64,000 nt of DNA from contig QPMI01000477.1 of NCBI GenBank assembly GCA_004431415.1, positions 434,001 through 498,000 of the forward strand, in the 5' to 3' direction. The position numbers were made by a program, and so were the translations under genes. Under the pieces are notes generated by a model. It was given only the letters and a program-made list of their open reading frames with translations. It ran no database searches and was not told where the DNA came from. Positions 47,701 to 62,700 of the stretch are shown here, piece by piece (within the stretch, counting starts at the first letter, position 1; each line of letters opens with the position of its first letter). The stretch comes from Cyanophora paradoxa CCMP329 (taxonomy: Eukaryota; Plantae; Glaucophyta).

Positions 47701-50700
47701 CGAAAACGCAGTCGACCGGGCCGCCTGTCGGCAGCATAGAGTCTCCCTTCACGATCAGCAACACTCCGCCGTTCTTCGGTACCCGTGGGGGCACGACGGA
47801 AAACGATTCCGAAATGCCTGCGGACGAAAGCTCGCGACGCGCAAATTAAACAGCGTCATTGATTCACAAAAGGAGTACCCCTGAATTCGAGCTGCGCCGC
47901 GCCCTGATAGACGACGCCATCGGCGACAAAGCCAATCGAAACGAAGCCGACGTGAGATGACGTGAGCAGCTGGCACTCCACAAGCGACCACGTCGGCGTA
48001 GCGAAACGCGTTAGAACCGACGGGGAGCGTCGGCTGTCGTCAAAGAGGCAATCCACAGATCGCGCCGCGAATATGTTGCGAGCGACAACGAGAACACTTG
48101 GAAGATCGGCGGTGAACTGAATTCCAGCGTCTCTCTGTGTACTTCCTGCACCGCGCGGCGCCCAGAACGAAGCCTCGTCTGCGAAGAGTCTCAGAGCGAA
48201 CTCCATTTGAAGCAAATTTAAATTTACGCAAAAGCACCGAAATAGGAGATTGGCAGGGGAGCCAGCGATGGGTCGGAGTACCCGAAAACAGAGGGGAAAA
48301 GGGAAGAGGGAGTACCCGGAGCGGCTGCCGGCATTAGACAGAAGCCCATGCGCCCGGACACAAAGATGCGACGCTCGACGTCGACACAAACGGAGAGCTC
48401 GGCATCGCCCGTTGACGACGAGATCGCGACCGCTGTACCGCCGGACGCGTCGACAGCAACGGATTCGGCAGGTGGGAGGCGCCGGGCCGCGCGGTCCCCT
48501 TCCAGAGAGGGGTTGGCGATGAGCGCAATTCTCACGCCCGTCTCGAGGGCGCGCGACTTGGCACTCTCCGACACAAAGACGGAGACGTCGGAGCTCGGCT
48601 CGCCTGCAGATATAGACTCTGCGTCTGTAGCGAACGTGTCCAGCACGCACAGAACAGCGGCGGTGGACACGACGCGCCCGAAGCCGGCGGTAGAGCTCGA
48701 GGCGCCGGCCCCGACCCAGCACGCCGCAGTCGGAACGGTCCAGTCCGCCACCGAAACCAGGACTGGAAGGCCGGCAAGGCGCGGCGCGGGGAAGAATCGC
48801 GCGCCGAGGAACTGAGGTGCGAAAACAGTCGAAGGCGGGTTCTCGAGAGCGCGCTCCGTTGCGGTTTTCTTCGGCCCTGCACGCAAGCTCAGCATATAAA
48901 ATTGAAAGACGCGCGGCTTTCATTTTGTGATAATATTGAGTACTGAATGGCGGCTATGGCTACAGCTATGAATGGCGAAGTCGGAATCATCTAGTGAACC
49001 AAAACCAGGAGCACCCTGAACAGTGAAGTTGAAAAGCACGCCGGCCGTGCCCAGCTGTGAAGCATCGTGCACGGCGATGGCGCCCGCAGCTGGCGGGAGG
49101 AACGGCGAGACACAGTCGAGCGTCGCAAAGCGGGTGGAGGCCGAGCTGACGCCGATCACCACGACCCCGCCACGCTCGGAGCCGCCGCCGGGCTTCCGAA
49201 ACGTCGGATACAGATCGGAAAGGCGGGGCGTCAACGACAACGGGGCACCTTGAATATGCACACGATGCGCGACCCCGGTGCGGTCGGCCTGGACGATGCA
49301 GCGACGAGGCGCGCGCCGCCTTCTTTTTGGAGCACGAGCTCTGTTTCGTTCAGATCGATGGGGTACGACGCGTTGCCGAGAGTGACATTTCCGGGAAGTC
49401 GCGCGACGCTCGGCTGCGGGACAGCCTGACCCGCGATGCGGAGGCCAGTTGCCTCCCAGGCCGTCTCTGCGGGCCGGGGGCCCAGAAAAACAATTCAACA
49501 TACGAAATGCGCATCACAAGTTCGAGCGAGGTTGCTTGATAAATTAGATGACGAAAGCACTGCGAACCGTAGAAGGACATCCGTCCCAGAGCGCTCAGAT
49601 GCAGGCCGTCAAACAAGTCCTCCACGCGAGGCGAGAGCTCGATAATGCCGAATCCGGATGAAATGGGAATGATTTCGGGGGTGCCAAGCTGCCGCGCGCC
49701 ATGAAGAGTAATGCGCCCGCCAGCCACTGGATCTCGAGTCAATTGCAACGGATCCGAACGTGGACACAATTATATAACGAAGCGGCGAGCGCACAGAGAT
49801 TATCTCCAAACACGAACGTCGCCGAGAAAGGAACGCCAACTGGCGGTACGATGGCGTGCAGACCTGGTGGAGCTGCAATCGCGCAGTAAGAAAGCATATA
49901 GAGAGACTATAAATATTTGAGCTTGCCGTTCACGCTGAGAGTGACAGAGTTGGGCACGCCGGCGAGAGAAACGTCCATCAGACGCGGAACGGCCGCGTTG
50001 CCTAGCGAGAAGGCGGAGCAGCGGAAGAGCTGCGCCAGGGGCCGCAGAGCCGGCGCCACGGTCTGGTTGAGGGCCCACGTTGCGTTAGTGGCTGCATTAC
50101 GGTCGGATGATGGGAGCTGTTCGACAACGGTGGAGGGCTGCCCGTCGATGAGGCAGCTGGGCGAACGAAACGCCGGCAAGTCCGTCGAAATTCCGGAGGC
50201 GACGACGACAAAGTCCTCCGAGTACCCCACAAACACTTCGCTCGGCACGAGGTTTGCGATTGCCCTGGCTCCCGAAACGACCGCGAGCTTGGCGGCCTCG
50301 CTGCAGGAGAGAATACTTTCTGTTAGACAACAACTTGCAAGCCGATGCTGGCGCCGAGATTTCAAAGACAAGTTGAGCGCACCATGAAGCTTCGATATTC
50401 TGAAGTTTGCAGACGGGATCGAGATCTGTGAGAGCCGGCGCGGGGCGATCGATGGCGTCTGCACAAATATTTAATGATGTTCGCGGGATTAATGTGAGCG
50501 GCCAGCAATGGAAATCATTTCGGAATCCAAAGTTGACTGCACCGTTGCGGGTAATGGTTGCCGCAGTAGGCTTCCAGTCGAGCCAGTTCGGCGTCAGCTC
50601 GTACCGCGAAACTCCTGGGAGCGAGGGGAAGCTAGCCGGCGCCGCGCTCGTTTCCCAGATTGCGAGGGCGCTGCTGAAGGTGTGCACGCGAACGGGGTCC

Positions 50701-53700
50701 GCGTCCTTCTCCAAGGCTGCGCGCATGATGCGAAGGGCGAGGACGCTGCCGGGTAGGAGGTCTCGGCCGACGCCGACGACCAGCGTCGAGCGCCGGAGAG
50801 GCCCGCTGCGAGGGAGGGACTCCACGATTCTCGCACCGTCTGCTGGCAGATTCAGCGAAATACAAATTACGTATACAGGTGAAAAAACGTTCAAGGTCCC
50901 ACCAGCGACAGAAAAACGTCGAAGGTGGAGCAAGCCTCGCACGGAATCCTCGACCGACACCCACACGAAGCCAGGGAGAAGGGAATCGGGCAAAGGACAG
51001 CTGGCCGCGTTCTGTACAATGCGGGCCGTCCCGTTGACGTTGTGGTTGATGTAGATGAGCTCGGCCTTCACGCGATTCTCTCTGTCGAAGCTGCACGAGA
51101 TCCGATCTATGACGCTGCCAATGTTAGGTGAACCGATGAGGAGTCTTCCCGTGGCCGGCTGCAGCGTCGAACTCCCATCCACATGGAAGACGGCGAGGCC
51201 TCGGTCAATCATGTCTAACAAGCCCTCAGTGCTGCGCAAGAGGGGTTCGCACGTGTGAATATGTACAATTAATAAGGGGTTCGCCGAGCTAAAACAAAAA
51301 TCTTTCGAAAAATGCGCACTCTGAGCCTCTTTCAGCATTGGCATTGAGAGTGTCAGAAGGCGAAGGCAGCAGCGTGATTGCCTGACGAAGAAATGAACAG
51401 GTATGAAAGGACTGAAAGGCGCACTGCGGCAGCTTACGGACCGCAGAGCCGGAGGCAAAAGCTGTGATAATTGAGCCGGGGGGGGCCAAGCGAACCGCGA
51501 CCGCCTCCGGGATGCCATTCGTGCTGACTGTACGAGCCGCGTACTTTATGCATGCACGTCAGGAAAATTATTCAAAAAACATTCGCATAGGTGAACTAGT
51601 AATATGACGCGCACAATGTCGCAGACGACGAAGGCGGAAGATAAAAGACGGCCGCGGTTTGCGGGTGAGCGCCCGATCGAGCAGCCGGCGCCTGAAACGC
51701 CTTCCACGAAGCCGAACCCTCGTACAAGTACCACAGACGGTTCCAACTCCATGATTGTTGTAGGGAATGCAGACTCTAAAGCCCCGGGTTCTGCACGATT
51801 GAAATTGGCGATTGACCAGATCCAAAGATTGACCAAGGATGCGTATTCGCATGTCCAAAGATAGCTATTTACATGATTATATGCAAACCAAACGGACCCA
51901 CGAACTCGACCATGCCAGTGTTGATCGATGCGACGCCCGCGATGGCTGTGCGGACCCACGCGAACCCTGCCGGCGGACCTGCGACTGTGCATCGCAGCAC
52001 TCGAAGCGCCCGGCTGCCGCCCACGATCACAGCAGGCACGCTCCGGCCGTTGTGAAGCAGACACGTCGCTTCCTCCGATAGGACCACTGACGAGTGGATC
52101 GAGCCGCGTGTGCCTGGCGCATCGAAGCCGTCAACAGCAAAGTGCACTGCGACAGCGCCGCGAGCGCCATCGTCTTGCATGACGGAATCGGCATCCGGCG
52201 CCGCCCATGGAACCACCTCCGTCAGGCTGGAGACAACTTGCGAAGCACCTGCAGGGCCCGCGGCAGCGGACCCGAGAGTGTGAATGATCGATGGCGCACA
52301 GGCGCTGCAGTTTGCCAGATCCAAATAACGACATCTGGTGAAAGGGGACGCACCTCGATACCACAACAGCGCAGACGAGGCGTCAGCAGCAAGTGCGGTT
52401 CCAGCAGCGCCCACCTCGATCGGCTCCACGCCCGGCGGGCGTGCGGGCAGCGTGCAGACCCCAATGGCTCCGGAGACCCACACTTTTGCTCGCACGAAAC
52501 ACACGACGGTTGTTGCACCAGGCCGCTGCGGCATCTGAATAGCCACGTGCTCCCCACCATGTGTTGAAGCGGCAAACGGTGAGGCTGGCACCAGTGGCGA
52601 CCCAACATCTGAGAGACGAAGGCGTTGTCAGAAGAACGATCATAATCTGGCCAAACGTGCACGTACCTGCAGCAGCGAAAACGCCAGCATCAAGATACGT
52701 CACGCCGTCCGCAGACACCGCGAGCGTGAAACTTGTCGTGGCGTTCAGCCGCGGAACGCTCGTCACCTCGCACAGCAGCAGCGCCGAGCTCAGCGCCCGC
52801 CCTGGCGCAGCCGGTACGAAGGGCGACCCTCGGCACCAAACACCACCACTCGCCGCCGTCCAGTCTCGAACCGGAATGACAAGCCATGAGCCGGACTCCA
52901 ACGGTCCCTCTGCAGGCGAGGGGCCGCCCACGGCAGGCTCGAAAACCCACACGAGCGCTGCCGTGCCCTCAACTGATGCCAGAGCTGCCGGTCCGCTTGG
53001 CCGCGCAAATGCTGCATCCAATCGCAAACCGTGCATCAGACCACCCGAAAAGGCAAGGCCACGACGGCGGTCTTCTGCACCTTGCGTGAGCAGCGGAAAG
53101 ACATCGCTCGGATGACCCGGATGCCACGCCTCGCCCGCCGAAATCAGCTGCCGTGCCGCCGCGTGGGCCGGGAGCACGCATGAAAGCGATGTGCCCAGCG
53201 TGCTATCGGAGCTTGACCGCAGCGCATGCACAACCACCACAGAAGCCGATGATGAGCGCAGTGCGCACACCAGCTGCACTGACGCCACAGAGCCTGGCCC
53301 TGAAGCTGTCACGAGGGCGCCCCCCGTCTCCGCTAGAGATGTTGTCAGCGCGCCGGCCCCAGGCAGAGCGCTCGAGTTGTCCAAGGCGCTCCTATCGCCG
53401 TTGCGAATGGCGATCCCGGCTCCGGAGAGCGCGTTGGCTTTCTCAGCGCCAAGCTCCACGCCTCCTGCAATAACCAGCTCCGTCGCCTTCCAACCCGCCG
53501 CTGAGAAGAGGTCAGTCAGAGACCATTCACCAAGCGCCAATATAACCGTAACCAAGATCAGCATGCGCACTGCGCGGCTCAAGCAGACCCGTTGCGTCCA
53601 GTGCAAGCCAGTCCTCGCCAAACGCTGCAGCTGCACCTGCTGTCGGCGGTGCAAGCTCCACAAACGCCAGCGCTGACGATGCGACCGCAGCCATTGACGG

Positions 53701-56700
53701 CCCCAGCACCATGCTGTCCTGATGCGTGTACGCGACAGCCCGCTCCCCAATCGTGCCCAGATTGCGGCCCCGAAACACGACAAGCGCGAAAGGCCCCGCC
53801 GCCATGGGAGCGACGCCGGACACGAAAGCAGGCTCTGCTCGCGTCTCAGACGACGGCCACAGAGATCGCTCACAGAGGGCACGTGGAAAACACGAGATCG
53901 CACCGGTAACCGCGACCGTTGCAGATGGCCCTGCCGCGCCCCCGAGCGCCAACGCCACAAAGCCTGCAACAGACCGCACCGGCTGCACAGATGCCCGAAA
54001 CGAGCCCGCGACCGTCCCAATACTGCAGCGCACGACGTGCAAGTCCAGCGATCCTGAACCCGATGGCGCCTGCACCGTGGCCAATTCCACTGCGTTGCCA
54101 TCTACAACGCAGTGTGTCGCTGCTGAAAGGCTCGCGACTGCCACGGATGTCCCTGTCGCAAGCATCGAGACGCGAGTTGCCATAGGCAGAGGCAGCGGGC
54201 CCGCTGGTGCGGACGCAAAGGTGAACGGAAGCGAGCCGCCGACAGCTGCAGCTGGCTCCGCCTCCCAAGCGACCTCAACGGCTGCTGTCCCCAGCGCCAC
54301 CTGCCCGAGCGGGACAACCTCGTCTACGCTGACAAGAAGTCGCATTGCCTGGCTGGTCGCGCGCCAGTCCGCGGTGGTCGTCCATGCTGGCGGCGGGACC
54401 TCGCACAGCAATGCCGCGGACGACAAGCCGCGCGACCTGAGCCCCTGAAGACCGCCGACGTTGCATTGCAGGTGCGCTTCTCCGGTGGGAAGGCCAGCGG
54501 ATTCCAGGACGACGAGTGTGCTCTCGCTCAGAGGCACCAACGAGGGCACTGCTCTTGAGATGGCGCCTGGTTCTGCGGACTGCATGAGCATCGCCACCAT
54601 CGTCCAGGCACGAGCAGACAGCATGTGAGGCCCATTGACACTCACCGCGCAAGGCCACCTGCAGCAATGCCGGCAGCTGCACGCCATCCACATTGACAAA
54701 CACGGCGACAAAGCCGGCGGGCTGGCCCATGATCGAGCACGAGAACAACGCCCGCGTCATTGCACCACTGCCTCCCAAGTCCGAGCGTGTTGCTGGCACG
54801 CTTCGCCCACCTGCTCCAAACCGACACACTGCCCGCGACCCGCTCGTTGAGAGCACGAACGTGACGGCGCTCCTGCCGGCATCCCTATCCATCTCTGCTG
54901 GCAGGACGAGCGATGATGATACCGCGACAGGAGTTGCAGTCGTGCGGCCGGCTAGCGCTGCGAGGGCGGAATGAAGTCAGCCCCCCATTACAAGAACTTC
55001 ACGCTAGACTTGAATGGGCCCGTGCGCACCAGGTTGCAGGTACGAGATGCGTGTTGGCACCAGCGACGGGTTTGTGGCACCCCCCACAATCACGGAAACG
55101 TCGTCGTGCAGCGCCGCCCGAGCCGGCAGCACACACCCGTCACTCCAGCCCGCCACGACCACTTTCGAGCCGACGATGCAGCCGATGGAGCCCGCGAGTG
55201 GTCGCGGCCGCCCAGTCAGAGACAGTATTGAGCCCCCGAGACCGCTCGCTGCGCTGCCGGCGGGGCTAAGATCCGGAGCCTGCACCCACGTGAACAGGAG
55301 CGACGACGACGATGATGCGGTCACATCTCCAGAGGAAGTCGTCATGCTCGCCGCAAGGCGCACTGATACAACGCCTGCCTCGTAATCACCCGCCAGCACC
55401 TCACAGAACACCGCCGCCGTTGAAAGAACGCGACCACGGGAAGAGAGCCGCCCGCCACCATTCGCGCCGGGGATGGAGCAGTGCACTGTCGGCGCCGTCC
55501 AATGCCTCGCATCTAGCATAACCCAACTGTCAAGCCCGAGATGGCCCTCCACTGGCGTGGCGGCGAGCACTGCGGCGTCAGCTGCAGCTGTTGAAATGGA
55601 CGTAGTTGTCGAGATGGCTGTCGTTTGCGGAATCGAGTCCTTGACGATCGCATCCGTTACGAACTCTGCACTGGATCCGAAAATCCCTGCCAGCAGCAGC
55701 ACCGTCCCTGGCCGGCGCGCCGGCTGCAGGCAGGTCACGGTCGGCGTCGACCGGGGATCCTCCGGCTGCGCCATCACCACGATGGCCGACCGTGACGACG
55801 ACACGAAGATGCAATGCACTGCGGCCAGGGGCGGGGCCGCCCCGCCGGCGACGCCCGAAACCTCCAGCAACATCCCCCCAGCGAAGTTGAGCTCCAGCGG
55901 CCCACCCGCAACTGCCGTCGTAGAGCTGTTCTCAACGGATCCGCCCGTGCTCGCTCGTAGCACAGAGATCGATGCGACCGTCCACGGGGCATCGCTGAAG
56001 TACTGCAGCCGACCTGCGCCATCCAGCAGCCCTCCGCCAGAGATCTCGCTTGCCAGCCGATCGCGAAGCGAAAGCAGCTCGCCCACTGCGAACGACGTCG
56101 ACAGCACCCGCAGCGGCGACGGCGCTAGCACAGCACTTGTCGACACCGACAGCCACACCTCCCCAGCGAAGCTTGCCCCGTGCACTCCCACCAAGCTGAA
56201 CGGGAGCCCGACCGCGGGCTCCACCGAGTGCAGGCGCGGGGGCTCTGCTTCGGCTGTCAGAACAGCGAACGCGAGCTGCTGGATCAAAGGATAAGAAGCG
56301 AACGCAGACCTAGCAGCTCCACAACGACTGAGCCAACGAATGCAGAGACCGAGACCGAAGCGAAGCCGATCACAGCTCGCGGCTCGCCCAGCGACAACAG
56401 GCACGAAATCGCCACGCCAATCACGCCCGGGTTGCTACTGACGTCGACGGTCGTTCCGGCTGACGTCGTCGGTATACCGTCCACGATGCAGGCTGGAAGC
56501 AAGCCGGACTGGTTTCCGAAAGGGAACGACAATTCACTATAGCCAGGCGACGACACAACGGTAATCCGCGGCGCGTTCAGATAGATGGTCGAGCGGGATG
56601 GAGCAACCAGCGCCGGCAGAAAAGCCTCGGGGCCGGCCTCCACGATGCATTTGACGAGGCGCACGTCGTCGCTTGGAGCCCCGAGCGCGAAGCTCGTGCT

Positions 56701-59700
56701 CCAGACGCACACGCCGTCGTCGCTCTCCTCGCATCCGCTGCCATCAGTGGGCCTCCAGCACAACGAAGACTCGACCGGGGGAACGCCTGCATGCGCGTGC
56801 TTGGCAGAGTAAAGATCACAGGCAAATACGCAAGCTCACGCACCAGCAATGTCGACGAGGGCGTCCTGTGAGGTGAAGCTCGCTCCGTCGGCGCTCAACT
56901 GCACAGCGTATGCACCAGCGCTGCTCGCGACTTCCACTACAGCAGCGCCACTGCTCAGAAGCCGCGCGTGATATCCGGCGCCCAGGGCCGCCGTTGCACC
57001 AAACCGCGGAACGAGCCGGATCAGCGAGACCGTGCCCGGGAGCATGTCTCGTCCGGCGAGCAACAGCAGCGAGCCCGTTGCCTCGCCGCCGCCAGCAGAC
57101 AGAGTGCGTGGCAGCGCGGCCAAGACAGCTGCCGGGCTGTGGAGCGGCACGTCCACGGCTCCGAGCTGCCCAGAGAGGCTCTCGACAAGACGGACGTGTG
57201 CGACGCCAGCCTCAGCTCCCGCCGGAAGACTGCATCGCACAGCGGATTTCGACGCGAAATCGACGGCGTTGACTGCCGCCGGAGACACAGGGACGGCAGC
57301 AGCGCGGGCTCCGCCGAACTGGCACCACAGCTGGCCCTGCTCCTGCCGCGCCGCCAGGCCCGCGCCCGCTGCCACCACGAACGGACTGCTGCTCAGTGCG
57401 AGACCATTTGAAATCGGTCTGTTCGCGTGCCAAACCAGGCCGGCGCCGAGCGCTGTCGAGGCCGGTCCTGCGTGCAGAAAACATCAAGTATGTAATTGCA
57501 ACAAAAAGCTCGAATTGCATTAATATTCTGCCCACCTGGCGAGGCGAGAGAGAGGGGCGAAGAAACGAACTCCTCGCCAGCCAGGCCGATCTCCAGGAGC
57601 GCCGGTGCGGCAGACCCAACAGGCAACGTGGGAAGTAGTGCCGAAAGAGTAACTCCGGACGAGGACGGAATTCGAAGAGCGGTTTCACTCAATGCCAGAA
57701 CTAAATCACGGTTGATGCGCCCCACGAGGGATGACGCCATCCTCCCGAATTGATCGGCGGGGAAAGTGACGACAATGGAAGCACCCGCTGGATCATCGGA
57801 CGCCATGACCATGGCCGATGCGGACGACAGTCGCAGCTGCAACGGCGACATAACGCTGCCCGGAGTCGCCATGCGTGCTTGATCCATCGTTCCAGCTGCT
57901 TGTCCTTTGGCGGGTTCTATTATACGGATGATGGGATCAGACAATCAATGAATGAAAGGGAAGGTGCAGCGAAAAAGCGATCGCGATTTTGTGAATGAAA
58001 CGTTGACGGACCAACAAATTGAACCATGCCAGTGTTGATCGATGCGACGCCCGCGATGGCTGTGCGGACCCACGCGAACCCTGCCGGCGGACCTGCGACT
58101 GTGCATCGCAGCACTCGAAGCGCCCGGCTGCCGCCCACGATCACAGCAGGCACGCTCCGGTCGTTGTGAAGCAGACACGTCGCTTCCTCCGATAGGACCA
58201 CTGACGAGTGGATCGAGCCGCGTGTGCCTGGCGCATCGAAGCCGTCAACAGCAAAGTGCACTGCGACAGCGCCGCGAGCGCCATCGTCTTGCATGACGGA
58301 ATCGGCATCCGGCGCCGCCCATGGAACCACCTCCGTCAGGCTGGAGACAACTTGCGAAGCACCTGCAGGGCCCGCGGCAGCGGACCCGAGAGTGTGAATG
58401 ATCGATGGTGCACAGGCGCTGCAGTTTGCCAGATCCAAATAGCGACATCTGGTGAAAGGGGACGCACCTCGATACCACAACAGCGCAGACGAGGCGTCAG
58501 CAGCAAGTGCGGTTCCAGCAGCGCCCACCTCGATCGGCTCCACGCCCGGCGGGCGTGCGGGCAGCGTGCAGACCCCGCTGGCTCCGGAGACCCACACTTT
58601 TGCTCGCACGAAACACACGACGGTTGTTGCACCAGGCCGCTGCGGCATCTGAATAGCCACGTGCTCCCCACCATGTGTTGAAGCGGCAAACGGTGAGGCT
58701 GGCACCAGTGGCGACCCAACATCTGAGAGACGAAGGCGTTGTCAGAAGAACGATCATAATCTGGCCAAACGTGCACGTACCTGCAGCAGCGAAAACGCCA
58801 GCATCAAGATACGTCACGCCGTCCGCAGACACCGCGAGCGTGAAGCTTGTCGTGGCGTTCAGCCGCGGAACGCTCGTCACCTCGCACAGCAGCAGCGCCG
58901 AGCTCAGCGCCCGCCCTGGCGCAGCCGGTACGAAGGGCGACCCTCGGCACCAAACACCACCACTCGCCGCCGTCCAGTCTCGAACCGGAATGACAAGCCA
59001 TGAGCCGGACTCCAACGGTCCCTCTGCAGGCGAGGGGCCGCCACGGCAGGCTCGAAAACCCACACGAGCGCTGCCGTGCCCTCAACTGATGCCAGAGCTG
59101 CCGGTCCGCTTGGCCGCGCAAATGCTGCATCCAATCGCAAACCGTGCATCAGACCACCCGAAAAGGCAAGGCCACGACGGCGGTCTTCTGCACCTTGCGT
59201 GAGCAGCGGAAAGACATCGCTCGGATGACCCGGATGCCACGCCTCGCCCGCCGAAATCAGCTGCCGTGCCGCCGCGCGGGCCGGGAGCACGCATGAAAGC
59301 GATGTGCCCAGCGTGCTGTCGGAGCTTGACCGCAGCGCATGCACAACCACCACAGAAGCCGATGATGAGCGCAGTGCGCACACCAGCTGCACTGACGCCA
59401 CAGAGCCTGGCCCTGAAGCGGTCACGAGGGCGCCCCCCGTCTCCGCTAGAGATGTTGTCAGCGCGCCGGCCCCAGGCAGAGCGCTCGAGTTGTCCAAGGC
59501 GCTGCTATCGCCGTTGCGAATGACGATCCCGGCTCCGGAGAGCGCGTTGGCTTTCTCAACGCCAAGCTCCACGCCTCCTGCAATAACCAGCTCCGTCGCC
59601 TTCCAACCCGCCGCTGAGGAGAGGTCAGTCAGAGACCATTCACCAAGCGCCAATATAACCGTAACCAAGATCAGCGTGCGCACTGCGCGGCTCAAGCAGA

Positions 59701-62700
59701 CCCGTTGCGTCCAGTGCAAGCCAGTCCTCGCCAAACGCTGCAGCTGCACCTGCTGTCGGCGGTGCAAGCTCCACAAACGCCAGCGCTGACGATGCGACCG
59801 CAGCCATTGACGGCCCCAGCACCATGCTGTCCTGATGCGTGTACGCGACAGCCCGCTCCCCAATCGTGCCCAGATTGCGGCCCCGAAACACGACAAGCGA
59901 GAAAGGCCCCGCCGCCATGGGAGCGACGCCGGACACGAAAGCAGGCTCTGCTCGCGTCTCAGACGACGGCCACAGAGATCGCTCACAGAGGGCACGTGGA
60001 AAACACGAGATCGCACCGGTAACCGCGACCGTTGCAGATGGCCCTGCCGCACCCCCGAGCGCCAACGCCACAAAGCCTGCAACAGACCGCACAGGCTGCA
60101 CAGATGCCCGAAACGAGCCCGCGACCGTCCCAATACTGCAGCGCACGACGTGCAAGTCCAGCGATCCTGAACCCGATGGCGCCTGCACCGTGGCCAATTC
60201 CACTGCGTTGCCATCTACAACGCAGTGTGTCGCTGCTGAAAGGCTCGCGACTGCCACGGATGTCCCTGTCGCAAGCATCGAGACGCGAGTTGCCATAGGC
60301 AGAGGCAGCGGGCCCGCTGGAGCGGACGCAAAGGTGAACCGAAGCGAGCCGCCGACAGCTGCAGCTGGCTCCGCCTCCCAAGCGACCTCAACGGCTGCCG
60401 TTCCCAGCGCCACCTGCCCGAGCGGGACAACCTCGTCTACGCTGACAAGAAGTCGCATTGCCTGGCTGGTCGCGCGCCAGTCCGCGGTGGTCGTCCATGC
60501 TGGCGGCGGGACCTCGCACAGCAATGCCGCGGACGACAAGCCGCGCGACCTGAGCCCCTGAAGACCGCCGACGTTGCATTGCAGGTGCGCTTCTCCGGTG
60601 GGAAGGCCAGCGGATTCCAGGACGACGAGTGTGCTCTCGCTCAGAGGCACCAACGAGGGCACTGCTCTTGAGATGGCGCCTGGTTCTGCGGACTGCATGA
60701 GCATCGCCACCATCGTCCAGGCACGAGCAGACAGCATGTGAGGCCCATTGACACTCACCGCGCAAGGCCACCTGCAGCAATGCCGGCAGCTGCACGCCAT
60801 CCACATTGACAAACACGGCGACAAAGCCGGCGGGCTGGCCCATGATCGAGCACGAGAACAATGCCCGCGTCATTGCACCACTGCCTCCCAAGTCCGAGCG
60901 TGTTGCTGGCACGCTTCGCCCACCTGCTCCAAACCGACACACTGCCCGCGACCCGCTTGTTGAGAGCACGAACGTGACGGCGCTCCTGCCGGCATCCCTA
61001 TCCATCTCTGCTGGCAGGACGAGCGATGATGATACCGCGACAGGAGTTGCAGTCGTGCGGCCGGCTAGCGCTGCGAGGGCGGAATGAAGTCAGCCCCCCA
61101 TTACAAGAACTTCACGCTAGACTTGAATGGGCCCGTGCGCACCAGGTTGCAGGTACGAGATGCGTGTTGGCACCAGCGACGGGTTTGTGGCACCCCCCAC
61201 AATCACGGAAACGTCGTCGTGCAGCGCCGCCCGAGCCGGCAGCACACACCCGTCACTCCAGCCCGCCACGACCACTGTCGAGCCAACGATGCAGCCGATG
61301 GAGCCCGCGAGTGGTCGCGCCCGCCCAGTCAGAGACAGTATTGAGCCCCCGAGACCGCTTGCTGCGCTGCCGGCGGGGCTAAGATCCGGAGCCTGCACCC
61401 ACGTGAACAGGAGCGACGACGACGATGATGCGGTCACATCTCCAGAGGAAGTCGTCATGCTCGCCGCAAGGCGCACTGATACAACGCCTGCCTCGTAATC
61501 ACCCGCCAGCACCTCACAGAACACCGCCGCCGTTGAAAGAACGCGACCACGGGAAGAGAGCCGCCCGCCACCATTCGCGTTGGGGATGGAGCAGTGCACT
61601 GTCGGCGCCGTCCAATGCCTCGCATCTAGCATAACCCAACTGTCGAGCCCGACATGGCCCTCCACTGGCGTGGCGGCGAGCACTGCGGCGTCAGCTGCAG
61701 CTGTTGAAATGGACGTAGTTGTCGAGATGGCTGTCGTTTGCGGAATCGAGTCCTTGACGATCGCATCCGTTACGAACTCTGCACTGGATCCGCCAATCCC
61801 TGCCAGCAGCAGCACCGTCCCTGGCCGGCGCGCCGGCTGCAGGCAGGTCACGGTCGGCGTCGACCGGGGATCCTCCGGCTGCGCCATCACCACGATGGCC
61901 GACCGTGACGACGACACGAAGATGCAATGCACTGCGGCCAGGGCGGGGCCGCCCGCCGGCGACGCCCGAAACCTCCAGCAACATCCCCCAGCGACGTTGA
62001 GCTCCAGCGGCCCACCCGCAACTGCCATCGTGGAGCTGTTCTCAACGGATCCGCCCGTGCTCGCTCGTAGCACAGAGATCGATGCGACCGTCCACGGGGC
62101 ATCGCTGAAGTACTGCAGCCGACCTGCACCATCCAGCAGCCCTCCGCCAGAGATCTCGCTTGCCAGCCGATCGCGAAGCGAAAGCAGCTCGCCCAATGCG
62201 AACGACGTCGACAGCACCCGCAGCGGTGACGGCGCTAGCACAGCACTTGTCGACACCGACAGCCACACCTCCCCAGCGAAGCTTGCCCCGTGCACTCCCA
62301 CCAAGCTGAACGGGAGCCCGACCGCGGGCTCCACCGAGTGCAGGCGCGGGGGCTCTGCTTCGGCTGTCAGAACAGCGAACGCGAGCTGCTGGATTCAAAG
62401 GATTAGAAGCGAACACAGACCTAGCAGCTCCACAACGACTGAGCCAACGAATGCAGAGACCGAGACCGAAGCGAAGCCGATCACAGCTCGCGGCTCGCCC
62501 AGCGACAACAGGCACGAAATCGCCACGCCGACCACGCCCGGGTTGCTACTGACGTCGACGGTCGTTCCGGCTGACGTCGTCGGTATACCGTCCACGATGC
62601 AGGCTGGAAGCATGCCGGACTGGTTTCCGAAAGGGAACGACGATCCACTATAGCCAGGCGACGACACAACGGTAATCCACGGCGCGTTCAGATAGATGGT

